From positions 62,001 through 126,000 of IMG/VR virus record IMGVR_UViG_3300031951_021456: a stretch of 64,000 nucleotides of DNA, one strand, 5' to 3'. The translations under genes were made by a program, and so were the position numbers. Each line of letters starts with the position of its first letter. The stretch's first letter is position 1. The notes beneath the pieces were generated by a model. That model was given only the letters and a program-made list of their open reading frames with translations. It was not told where the DNA came from and searched no databases. This document shows positions 30,611-39,654 of the stretch, piece after piece.

Positions 30611-31774
30611 TTGACCATGAGTCTACCTAGTTTCTGGGTAGACTCTATTTCTTTATCTTTTATTATGACATCTTCTAGATTCCTAAATCTTTATGCTAAT
30701 TATCATGGTGATCAAACCGTTCTTGAGAATCCTGAGCAAGTTCTAGGACCAAATTGTAAAAGTATTTTAGACTTTTGGGAGAGCCTAGATGAAAGTGTTC
30801 TTAGAACTGAATTTGATGGTTCATTTGAGATCTATTCCTGTCCATGGGGGAAATATCTTAGGCCTTGCCGGGATCCTCTAGCTAATTCAGTAATAACAAA
30901 AGAAAATTATGATAAGTTTGAAGTCGCAGAAAATGTCAATAAAATTCCATCAGATATTTGGACTGCATGGATTCTTCTCTGTTTTCATTTTGTGGATAAA
31001 GTTCCAACAAAAATGGAAGTTCTTGTTCGTTTCTTGAGAAATGAAGAAAATCCATCTCAATTTATGGCAGTCGTCCCTAAACAATCTGTTACAGGGGTAT
31101 CAGTAAAAGTTGGAAACTTTAATGATTGCTGTAACCTCTTAACTGGAGAAAAATACACATCATATCCACCAGAAGGTTGGATTCCATGTGGTTCTAGTCA
31201 TAGCCATAATACATTGTTTTCTGGCTGGAGTGATGAAGATAATAAATATGAAATTCCAGATCCAGGGATTCATATTACGGTTGGGGAAATCAACTCAACA
31301 AAACGAACATATCAAATTGCCGCTTCAGTGACAGGAAATTTGAAAAGATTCAAGATTAATTATACTCATCTCATTGATACAACATTTGATGAAGACTCTA
31401 AATTTCATAAAAATGTATTAGAATATGTTGAAATTAGTACAACAAAATATCAATCATGGCCTACGAATGTTAATTATAAACCCCTGCAGCGAAAACTTCC
31501 TCCAGCCAAAACAACTTTCAGCAATATTGAAGAATATCGTGAGTTTATGTATGGGGAATTCACTGATTTTGATGCCTATAAAAAAATTAGTAGAGATCCA
31601 TTTCATTATAGCGATTCGTTTAGATATGTAACTAATACATTAGAGGTTCATCAAATAGCTGATAGCATTGAAGATTTTATCAAAGAGAATCGCAATGATG
31701 CTGATCAACTAGAAGAGTTGCAAAATACTCTGTCTTCATGTCTTATTGATCTTCAACTTGAACTAAACTCATGA
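30611..31774 (+). CDS. JAB/JAMM/MPN+ metalloprotease (deubiquitinase-like) with N-terminal MKIS-family segment
   Basis: E136...H197-S-H199-x7-S207-x2-D210 (GSSHSHNTLFSGWSDED), VVPKQSV and PGIHITVG. Numbering is from the TTG at 30611; the true start may be ATG 30617 or 30665. Confidence 0.9.
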   Translation: MTMSLPSFWVDSISLSFIMTSSRFLNLYANYHGDQTVLENPEQVLGPNCKSILDFWESLDESVLRTEFDGSFEIYSCPWGKYLRPCRDPLANSVITKENYDKFEVAENVNKIPSDIWTAWILLCFHFVDKVPTKMEVLVRFLRNEENPSQFMAVVPKQSVTGVSVKVGNFNDCCNLLTGEKYTSYPPEGWIPCGSSHSHNTLFSGWSDEDNKYEIPDPGIHITVGEINSTKRTYQIAASVTGNLKRFKINYTHLIDTTFDEDSKFHKNVLEYVEISTTKYQSWPTNVNYKPLQRKLPPAKTTFSNIEEYREFMYGEFTDFDAYKKISRDPFHYSDSFRYVTNTLEVHQIADSIEDFIKENRNDADQLEELQNTLSSCLIDLQLELNS

Positions 31775-32592
31775 CATCCATTCTTTTTCCCGAAACGCTT
31801 CCTTCTGGGCTTGTTAATCTATTTCCACCAAAAATCAGTGCAATTTCATATAATTATTCTGGAGATGGATTGCTTTTAAGGGCTCATATGAAAGATAAAT
31901 TTAGACGTTTGCAACAAGATGGTGAATATGCTGCAAACTTTCTTATGTGTCCCATGATTTTTCAGCAAACTTTGGAAATTAATAACCCTGAAACTAGATT
32001 TCAAGTAAGAGAAACTCCCAGCCATTATCCAGAAACCAGAGTATATTTACAGGGAACAAAAATAGTAGATAATAATATTTTTACAACAGTAAAGGATAAT
32101 ATGTCAAATGTATGTGATAGCACTTTTTTAGTTTGCTGGGGTGGAAATTTTAATGTAAAGAGTATAAAAACAATGAAAGGATTTATTGATCTTTTCTTTA
32201 ATAGTTATTTTAATGGTGATTATACTTCACCAAAGGCATTAAGGACATCTGAAGAAAATTGTATTGAGATTAGAGGTGAAATTGCAGAAGATTCTTTTGA
32301 GGCCACTAATTATAAGCTCATTTCAAAGGATGCAAATGCAATCTATACTATTCATAGGCATGATAATCCTTCCATTTTCTTTTGGCTTAAATCTGCCGGA
32401 TTTAATCCAATTGTAGAAAATTCTGACATTATGTTAGTTCCACTTAAGAGTGTTATCCTAACGGATAATGGAATTGATTATCCTGGATTTGTAACACCTA
32501 TTGATCTTTGCCGTAAGAAATGGTTCATTCTCCCTGATGGGAAATTTGTTGGGCAGATGTCCAGTTCACAGACTGTCCGTAACCCCACGTAA
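31771..32592 (+). CDS. Prokaryotic E2 ubiquitin-conjugating-like enzyme (family D / PRTRC protein B-like)
   Basis: SNVCDSTFLVC122WGGN followed by LFFNSYFNGDY matches the N[VT]..[IV]CWG...FF.S.FN.D pattern; ATGA overlap with the JAB gene. Confidence 0.75.
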   Translation: MTSILFPETLPSGLVNLFPPKISAISYNYSGDGLLLRAHMKDKFRRLQQDGEYAANFLMCPMIFQQTLEINNPETRFQVRETPSHYPETRVYLQGTKIVDNNIFTTVKDNMSNVCDSTFLVCWGGNFNVKSIKTMKGFIDLFFNSYFNGDYTSPKALRTSEENCIEIRGEIAEDSFEATNYKLISKDANAIYTIHRHDNPSIFFWLKSAGFNPIVENSDIMLVPLKSVILTDNGIDYPGFVTPIDLCRKKWFILPDGKFVGQMSSSQTVRNPT

Positions 32593-32639
32593 AATCCCTA
32601 AAACCTCCTAGATTAAAAAAGCCTACAACACACTCAAAA

Positions 32640-33353
32640 ATGTTTGATAAAGTTTATCTGCTCGGAATTGGCGGGGGTGGAAGTCACCTTGCTCCAGTTC
32701 TCGTCCAAACTCTCCGCTCACACCCAAAAACTTCATATAGTACAATCACCTTTATTGATGGTGATAAATTTGAGAAAAAAAACCAGAGCCGACAGCTTAT
32801 GGAGCCTAGCGATGTTGGCCTTAACAAGGCTACTTCAGTTGCTAGAATCTGTGAAGATCGTGGATTTTCTGATGTATATTCAATTGAAGATTATGCAAAC
32901 TTTGAGAATCTAGTTCCACTTCTTGAAGATGCTCAGTCTCCACTTGTGATTGCATGTGTAGATAACAATGCAACCAGGGCAGCTATCATTGATGCGATCC
33001 AAAAAGTTTGCATTGATGATAACAAGAAGAACTTCTTCTTTATCACACCTGGTAATAGTGATGCGACCGAAGACCCTAAGGGTCAAGTTTGTTGGTGGGG
33101 GGCAATCAACGGGAAAACTTATGGTCAAAACCCCAAAGAATATGATCTAGACATTCAAAATCCTGATGATTTTATTCCAAGGATTGGTGGATGTATGGAT
33201 ATGAGCGAATCTCATCCACAAGTTCTTTCAGCAAATCATCTTGCGGTGTCTCTCACCCTTTCTCTCGTTCAAACACTGTTGGATGAGAAATTGGATCATC
33301 GTAAGTCTCAAATTCGCTTCAACTGCTACAATCTTACCACTGCCATTTCCTGA
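32640..33353 (+). CDS. E1/ThiF-family adenylating enzyme
   Basis: LLGIGGGGS (GxGxxG), IDGDKFEKKNQSRQ, GLNKA, ACVDN, PGN..GQV and candidate catalytic C185 (GGCMDMSESHPQ..AN). Confidence 0.92.
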   Translation: MFDKVYLLGIGGGGSHLAPVLVQTLRSHPKTSYSTITFIDGDKFEKKNQSRQLMEPSDVGLNKATSVARICEDRGFSDVYSIEDYANFENLVPLLEDAQSPLVIACVDNNATRAAIIDAIQKVCIDDNKKNFFFITPGNSDATEDPKGQVCWWGAINGKTYGQNPKEYDLDIQNPDDFIPRIGGCMDMSESHPQVLSANHLAVSLTLSLVQTLLDEKLDHRKSQIRFNCYNLTTAIS

Positions 33354-33358
33354 AAATC

Positions 33359-33829
33359 ATGTCTGACAATCCTCAAAACGTTAAAGTCAATGCAAGAGTT
33401 CTTAAATTTGATCAACTTCTTCAAGGCATTGAAGAATACGCAAGTTCAATCCGTACTCGTACAGATTCTGCTCTGAGCGAGGATAACATCTGCTCCCGTA
33501 TTGAAGAGATCTTTGGGGAAGAAGAATCTTTCAATAGGCTAGTTGCAGCTATTGTTACTCGTATTGGCATTAATAGCATCGTTAATGGTGTTGTTCGCCA
33601 AACGCAAGGAGACATTAACGAGAAGATTGATGCTACCATTAGCTCAAAACTCTCAGAAGAACCCCTACTTTCCACTGTAAATAGGCTCATTCAAATGCAC
33701 GCCAATGGTCAGGAAATTTCAATTCCTGATATCAATCAAAATCGCAAAATTGAAGACATTCCATTGGATAGTCCAGAAAATATTGCAGAGGTCTGTAGGC
33801 TTCTAGCTGGGGCTGACGCAATTCTCTGA
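33359..33829 (+). CDS. Alpha-helical hypothetical protein, last gene of the Ubl operon
   Basis: Starts 5 nt after the E1 stop and ends just before the terminator. Confidence 0.7.
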   Translation: MSDNPQNVKVNARVLKFDQLLQGIEEYASSIRTRTDSALSEDNICSRIEEIFGEEESFNRLVAAIVTRIGINSIVNGVVRQTQGDINEKIDATISSKLSEEPLLSTVNRLIQMHANGQEISIPDINQNRKIEDIPLDSPENIAEVCRLLAGADAIL

Positions 33830-33839
33830 TTCATTTTGA

Positions 33840-33864
33840 GGGGAGAATTAATCTCCCCCTTTTT
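33840..33864 (+). terminator. Intrinsic terminator closing the Ubl operon
   Basis: ggggag-aattaat-ctcccc-cttttt. Confidence 0.65.
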
Positions 33865-33874
33865 GTTTAAAACC

Positions 33875-34255
33875 ATGAAAATCTCCATTTCACATCAACA
33901 TTTTGCAAATTGGTTAAAGGCTCAAGATGCTCTAACTAATCCAGAAAAATATCTTGGCCCCAAATGGAAAGATGTCCTGAACTTTTGGATTTATTTGGAT
34001 TCAGAAGAGTCTGAGTGGGATGAGCGGCGTTGCACCGCTACTCTGCGTGCCGCTTATAATATTATAGGCTCTGAGTGGGATGAGCGGCGTTGCATCGCTA
34101 CTCTGCGTGCCGCTTATAATATTATAGGCTCTGAGTATGGATATGCAGCTTTTAATGCTCATGTTGGTTATGCTGAAGGGCATGCAACCTGTGAACTTAT
34201 CGCTTCACATAAACTTGAGTCTCTCAGTTTTCTTCCCCTGTTCTTGACCCCATGA
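33875..34255 (+). CDS. MKIS-family paralog 9 with internal 20-aa duplication
   Basis: ATG 33875; SEWDERRC(T/I)ATLRAAYNIIG twice; stop codon inside the dyad at 34252. Confidence 0.85.
   Translation: MKISISHQHFANWLKAQDALTNPEKYLGPKWKDVLNFWIYLDSEESEWDERRCTATLRAAYNIIGSEWDERRCIATLRAAYNIIGSEYGYAAFNAHVGYAEGHATCELIASHKLESLSFLPLFLTP
34010..34136. repeat. 60-bp tandem duplication (1 mismatch) plus 7-bp partial third copy
   Basis: 34010-34069 versus 34070-34129. Confidence 0.95.
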
Positions 34256-34354
34256 CACTTTAAAAACTGTCTACTGGATGACCGATAAGAAAAACTTATC
34301 TGGTATGATTAGATCAATGGAGAAATCCAGAACAACCCACCCTGAGAGAGTCTA

Positions 34355-34561
34355 ATGCCCCAAAATTTCCCAAATTCAACGGCAATTGAAAGTATTTCTG
34401 AACTAATTGATAATAAGGTTACCATTAAATGGAAAAATGGCAATTCATACACATATACAGTATTAAACCCTGAAAGCTTCTTAAGAGATCTTTCCAATGT
34501 AAAATCAGTCGGGAGTTTTGTTAATCGCAAAATTCAAGAAAACACCCTCCAATTAGTATAA
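34355..34561 (+). CDS. KTSC-like small protein
   Basis: STAIESI..VTIKWKNGNSYTY..SVGSFVN. Confidence 0.45.
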   Translation: MPQNFPNSTAIESISELIDNKVTIKWKNGNSYTYTVLNPESFLRDLSNVKSVGSFVNRKIQENTLQLV

Positions 34562-34571
34562 GGTAATTTAA

Positions 34572-35508
34572 ATGTCTTTAAGTACCATTGAACGTCTATC
34601 TCCATTTTCTTCAAGTTTCACTTGGGATGATTACACAAATGAACTCTATCGGTTTTCTGATGATTATGGATATCTTTCGGTTGAACAGATGAAAAATGAA
34701 ATAGAACGGTTTAGGATGTTCAGTTTTACTGATAAAATTAATTTTACAATGACTGTTGAGGATTTCGTTGACTTCTTATTTGATGCAAACTCCAATCACA
34801 CCTGATCCTAATTATCTTTACAACTTATATGAAGAAGAAGAACCAGAGGACCAACCGGAAGATGCCGAGTTTGATGATGAATCAAACTGAAGACATTTTT
34901 CTAAATGATGATTTTGGTTCACAGCTTCATGAATTTTTAGATCCAGAACTTTTACAAATTTTAGACAATTATGAATTTGACGAAAACTGACTTTAATGAT
35001 ATTCTCAAAACCCTTGATGAAGCTAAAACCGCAGATGAACTCTTAACTGCACTTAATAAAATTGGACACAATGAAAACTGTCCCAATGAGGCTTTACAAG
35101 ATCAACCAATGACCTATTCTTGAAATGTAACTACCACTTACACCATGATCAATCTCAAACCAACTGAAAATACCATGAGCACCTCTGAAGAGGCTGCTCT
35201 TATTCTCTCTGATATTTTTGATGGAGATCTTGTCGCACAACAAGCAGCCATTGAAGAATTCTCTCTGTTTACTGATGAAGACATTTTGGACCAAGAAGAT
35301 GCTCTTTATGATCGTTATCTCCCTGTCAGGGAGGTTTCTTCTATCCAAGAGTAATTCCCGCTATAGCATTCATGCAAATGGGTGTATAGTAAATGTAGGA
35401 GACTTAAATTCAGCCTACATGATTGCATACAGAATGGCCAGCTCTTTTGGCCATTCTTTCATTTATGACAATCTTTTCAATAAAACAATTGATGAGTATT
35501 TTGAATGA
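34572..35508 (+). other. Cluster of very small, mostly acidic ORFs (34572-34805, 34783-34890, about 34874-34990, about 35174-35354, others)
   Basis: Examples: MQTPITPDPNYLYNLYEEEEPEDQPEDAEFDDESN and MSTSEEAALILSDIFDGDL... Confidence 0.5.
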
Positions 35509-35909
35509 TCTATTCTAAAAGACATTTAGCATTTTCTGAGTTATTTCCATCAGCATTAACACAACCAGAAGAATTTATAGGTCGTAACTGGAAAAATGTT
35601 TTAAATATTTGGATTTTCCTGGATACTATAGATTGTGCTCAATTACATAGAATATATTCAATCTGCTTTCATCCATGTTATGATTATAAATATAGATCAC
35701 TATTGTCTCAATATTCTTTTGAAGAATGCGAATATAGCAGTGATATTTATAATTTAACTCCTAGTGGATTTGATTATCTTGTATTAGAGCTAATATTAGA
35801 ACAAACATTGATGGAAAATCAAATACCCTTGAGGTATCTTCCAAATCTATGCGATTTTATGCCACTTTTTAAATCGTCCATGGATGGCTCAAATAGCTTT
35901 CAGCCATAG
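35505..35909 (+). CDS. MKIS-family paralog 10 (divergent)
   Basis: ALTQPEEFIGRNWKNVLNIWIFLDTI...LELI...YLP. Confidence 0.7.
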   Translation: MIYSKRHLAFSELFPSALTQPEEFIGRNWKNVLNIWIFLDTIDCAQLHRIYSICFHPCYDYKYRSLLSQYSFEECEYSSDIYNLTPSGFDYLVLELILEQTLMENQIPLRYLPNLCDFMPLFKSSMDGSNSFQP

Positions 35910-35936
35910 TAGTCTAGATTTGACAACAAACTTCCA

Positions 35937-36512
35937 ATGAAACTTTTCACTCAAGTTTTCCACTATCGGGTGTTACAAGAGCTTTCACTTGATGAACTGT
36001 CAAGTTTTAAGGAACACAATAGACTTAGAGTTTTTCATCATAAGGGGACAAGTTGTGTAACTTGTGGTAAAATCGGAACTAGACTCATTCAAGGTGCTGG
36101 TCGGGGTTCAAAACATTGGGATATTTATACAGATGATCTATATCCTTTAACTGTGGATCACATTATTCCAAAGAGCTTAGGTGGAAGTGATGATTTAGAA
36201 AATTTGCAACCAATGTGCGCAGGATGCAACTTCAGAAAAGGAAACGGCAAACCTTATAATCCTGGGCCGAAACCATGGACCCCTAAAGGATACCAACCTT
36301 GTTCATTGCTTGAAGACTTTAACATTTTAATTGGTAAAACTGTCTGGAAGAGAAAAAGATCTAATGGAGGCTTTAAGAAATCAATATATCAATTAGGAAC
36401 TGTTGATACTATTTTTATGGAAGATAATTCGCAACACTACGCCAGAATAACCGATAACCCTCACTCCAAATTTACAATTAAAGCCCTTTACATTCCATTG
36501 AAAGAACAATGA
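35937..36512 (+). CDS. HNH endonuclease
   Basis: CVTC, TVDHIIPKSLGGSDDLENLQPMCAGCN.RKG. Confidence 0.9.
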   Translation: MKLFTQVFHYRVLQELSLDELSSFKEHNRLRVFHHKGTSCVTCGKIGTRLIQGAGRGSKHWDIYTDDLYPLTVDHIIPKSLGGSDDLENLQPMCAGCNFRKGNGKPYNPGPKPWTPKGYQPCSLLEDFNILIGKTVWKRKRSNGGFKKSIYQLGTVDTIFMEDNSQHYARITDNPHSKFTIKALYIPLKEQ

Positions 36513-36754
36513 AAGTCACCAAAAAGTCAAAGAAGCCATTTAAATCTGGAGAAAAGATAGCAACCGTTAAGAGTATAATTTCTCATCCAATTTTAAATAG
36601 ACCAGCATACACTTTTTATGAAGATGATTCCTATGTAGCTTGTGAGACATGCAATATTATTGAGGAATAGTGGACGGTTCAAAATCTGTCCACTATCAAT
36701 TTAAGGAACTCCATAACTGACCTATTATTAAAGAGTTCAACCCAATTCAATTAA

Positions 36755-37389
36755 ATGGCTCGCCTCTCTGAATTGTCTCCAGAAGAATTGTTTGAAAGTC
36801 ACCATATTTGTTTAAACAGGCCAAAAATTCAAGAAGGTCAGCTTACAATTCTTGCAGAAAAGCTCGCTGAAATTGAAGAAAATTTGGAAAAATTGGAAGC
36901 TTCAAAGGCATTAATTCGCTCAGAAGCTCTTAAATTAATGCAAGAACGTAAATCAGATAAACCATTTAATAGTCAGTATGGTAAATTTACAATATGTTCC
37001 GGCAAAAAAACAAAAGTTTTCACATGCCCTAAGGTGAAAAGAGCACAAACAACCCTAGACAATGCAAAAAGAAAAGCAACCGAAAATGGTCAATTTGAGA
37101 CTAAACAAGGAGATGATTCTCTTAGATTTGATTCTGTCCCTTTGAATTAATTAAACCACAACATTAGTTACCCAATAAAATGAAATTCACCGATTTGCGC
37201 CTTAAATTGACTTGGAAACAGCTCATTCTCCTGAGACTGGGGTTTTTATATTTTGGAATCGTGGGAAGTTTATTTCCAGCAAAAACATCTTTGATAATTT
37301 ATGAATGGTTTAGGGTTAATAAAGATGAGTTATATTTAAAAATTATGGCAATCTGTGATTATCTGAGCAGTCAAGATAAAAATTCATAA
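36755..37389 (+). other. Two hypothetical CDS (36755-37150; 37180-37389)
   Basis: ORF track; follow the class A promoter at 36671. Confidence 0.6.
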
Positions 37390-37464
37390 GAACTCCTTAT
37401 CATTCAAAGCTTGACAAACCATAATCTTACCACTATCATTAAAAGATCTTCAACACTTGAACTG

Positions 37465-38040
37465 ATGAATCTCAATCAAGCTGCTCAAAACATGGTTTCT
37501 TTCTGGGAAGATCCAAGGAACATTCCATTCAAGGGCCAATTAATCTCTTTAGATGGCGATACACCATGCATGTGTGCACAAGGCCAAACCCTCTTTAAAG
37601 AGGGCGATTATTCGGTTAATCAGCTAGAGATGATGCCTCAAGAAGTAGCAGATAAAGAAACTGCACGAATCTTAGGAATCTCAGTTTCTCATTCTAGGCT
37701 CTTGCGTAGAATTAATGATTCTTGTCCAGATGCTCCACAAGATGTTCTAACTAATCCAGAAAAATATCTAGGGCATAATTATGAAGCTGTACTGAAATTT
37801 TGGTATCTTTTGGATACTTTGAGTCGTGAAGATTTTGATATAGTTGATAAGCGTTGTTATGATATAGTTTCTGCTTTCTCAGCAGCTTATGCTATTATAG
37901 GCTCTGAGTATGCAAATGCAGCTTTTGATGCTGCCATTGGTCTTGTTGCAGGTTATGCAACTCTTGAACTCATCGGCTCACATAAACTTCAAGAACATGT
38001 TTTTCTTCCTATGTTCTCTTTTACTCAACTTCAGCCATGA
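37465..38040 (+). CDS. MKIS-family paralog 11 with N-terminal CMCAQGQ domain
   Basis: ATG 37465; DVLTNPEKYLG.NYEAVLKFW.LLDTL...ELIGSHKL. Confidence 0.85.
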   Translation: MNLNQAAQNMVSFWEDPRNIPFKGQLISLDGDTPCMCAQGQTLFKEGDYSVNQLEMMPQEVADKETARILGISVSHSRLLRRINDSCPDAPQDVLTNPEKYLGHNYEAVLKFWYLLDTLSREDFDIVDKRCYDIVSAFSAAYAIIGSEYANAAFDAAIGLVAGYATLELIGSHKLQEHVFLPMFSFTQLQP

Positions 38041-38198
38041 ATGAATACTATGACGATGAAGAGTTCCTTGAGGAACAAGAAGTCTCCGATGATGATGATG
38101 ATGATCGTTCAGATGATTACAGTCTAGAGGTTGATCCACCATCAGTTAGATCTGCATCACTGTTGCGTAGATCTTTGCCGATACCTAGGCTTTACTGA
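38037..38198 (+). CDS. 53-aa highly acidic protein (not in ORF track)
   Basis: MNEYYDDEEFLEEQEVSDDDDDDRSDDYSLEVD...; 18 of the first 33 residues are D/E; ATGA overlap. Confidence 0.55.
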   Translation: MNEYYDDEEFLEEQEVSDDDDDDRSDDYSLEVDPPSVRSASLLRRSLPIPRLY

Positions 38199-38274
38199 TA
38201 AGAACTCCTTATCATTCAAAGCTTGACAAGCTCCAAACAATCCACTATTCTGTATTTGTTGTTAAACAACTCCA

Positions 38275-38754
38275 ATGACTTCAACTCTTCAGCTCCAAAT
38301 CAACGGCAACACGGTTTCAGGATCTGCTCAGGAACTTGTTGAACTGCTTCAAAAAATTCCTACGGTTGTTGCAAATAAGCCCAAGAAAAACAGCAGGAAA
38401 AAAGCTACACAAGTCCAACAGACATTTGAACAATTTATCGTTCAACAAATTACACCAGAACTAGGATATGCACTTGCCCAACATGTTGTGGATGTTTTGG
38501 AGGGTATTAAAAATACAGAGCCAGATTTTCGCAAGTTTCGGGCAATGTATAGCAAAGTGGAAACAATTGAGCATCGTCAACTTCTTAAGGTTGTCAGTGC
38601 AGCATATCGTGTGAAATATGCCCGCTTCCAAAAAGAACAATACCTCTCTGCTATTTTTTCAACAATTAAATATGCAACAATCTGCCCCCATTGTGGTTCT
38701 CTTGCTGCAGAATTTATTGTTCGTCTAAAACAAGAAGGTTACTTCAACGATTGA
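38275..38754 (+). CDS. Hypothetical protein
   Basis: Has its own class B promoter (38223); terminator at 38763. Confidence 0.7.
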   Translation: MTSTLQLQINGNTVSGSAQELVELLQKIPTVVANKPKKNSRKKATQVQQTFEQFIVQQITPELGYALAQHVVDVLEGIKNTEPDFRKFRAMYSKVETIEHRQLLKVVSAAYRVKYARFQKEQYLSAIFSTIKYATICPHCGSLAAEFIVRLKQEGYFND

Positions 38755-38762
38755 TCGCACCT

Positions 38763-38786
38763 GCCCCAATTCATTTGGGGCTTTTT
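38763..38786 (+). terminator. Intrinsic terminator
   Basis: gccccaa-ttcat-ttggggc-ttttt. Confidence 0.7.
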
Positions 38787-38805
38787 GCTCTTCAAACAAC
38801 CTCTC

Positions 38806-39162
38806 ATGAAAATCTATCTTGACGATGATGCCAACTACAGAATCACTCCTGATGGTTGGCACAGAACATTTACAGCATCAGAAACCATAGAATTACTAAA
38901 AACCGAACAAGTAACACATCTAAGTCTAGATCATGATCTAGGACCACTTGAAGCTGGAACGGGTTATGATGTTGTGTGCTGGATTGAACAAATGGTTATT
39001 GAGAAACAATTTAATCCACCAATTATGACAATTCATTCAGCGAATCCGGTTGGAAGACAAAAAATGCAAGCAGCTATACAGATGATTTACCACCACTTCA
39101 AAGTAACTCAGCCAACATTGTGGGACGAGTTTATTTCAAACTTACAAACCTCAAATTCATGA
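38806..39162 (+). CDS. Cyclic-phosphate processing receiver domain (cREC) protein
   Basis: MKIYLDDD, LSLDHDLG, TGYDVV and IHSANPVGRQKM. Confidence 0.8.
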   Translation: MKIYLDDDANYRITPDGWHRTFTASETIELLKTEQVTHLSLDHDLGPLEAGTGYDVVCWIEQMVIEKQFNPPIMTIHSANPVGRQKMQAAIQMIYHHFKVTQPTLWDEFISNLQTSNS

Positions 39163-39608
39163 CATACTCTAAGATACATCAAGCAGTTTCAAAAAAACTT
39201 AATACCCCTGAAGTTTTAATTGACCCAGAGAAATTTTTAGGAGAAAATTTCCAAATTGTCCTGGAATTTTGGAAATTTATTGATACACTGCTTCCTAAAG
39301 ATTTTGAGCGTATTTCATCTAGATATAATGAATTACATGAAAGGGAAGGTGATCTTGCAAGAAAGCTTGATTTCTGTTTAGAAGGTATCAACACACCAGT
39401 TAGAATAGCATGTTTTGATTCTGCCTATAATAACTACATGTACTCAACGTCTACATATAGAGCTGTTGCCTTTTCTATAGTTTATGCCACTCATGAATTA
39501 ATTAATTACTATAATAGCGATAATAGCGATAAACAATTGTACTTCCTGCCTTTGTTTGAAGAATTTTTGGTTGAGATTAATAAGAACTCCTTATCTAAAA
39601 CCCCTTGA
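39159..39608 (+). CDS. MKIS-family paralog 12 (divergent)
   Basis: VLIDPEKFLGENFQIVLEFWKFIDTL...YATHELI...YFLPLF. Confidence 0.75.
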   Translation: MTYSKIHQAVSKKLNTPEVLIDPEKFLGENFQIVLEFWKFIDTLLPKDFERISSRYNELHEREGDLARKLDFCLEGINTPVRIACFDSAYNNYMYSTSTYRAVAFSIVYATHELINYYNSDNSDKQLYFLPLFEEFLVEINKNSLSKTP

Positions 39609-39654
39609 CAACTTAAGAGATTTCCATTATTCTTAAATCAATCGCCCAACACCA

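Noticed and set aside
32640-33353. E1 as a plain ThiF/MoeB cofactor-biosynthesis enzyme
   Set aside because: No thiamine or molybdopterin genes are nearby, while E2-like and JAB genes are adjacent and the partner lacks a GG tail. It remains a formal alternative.
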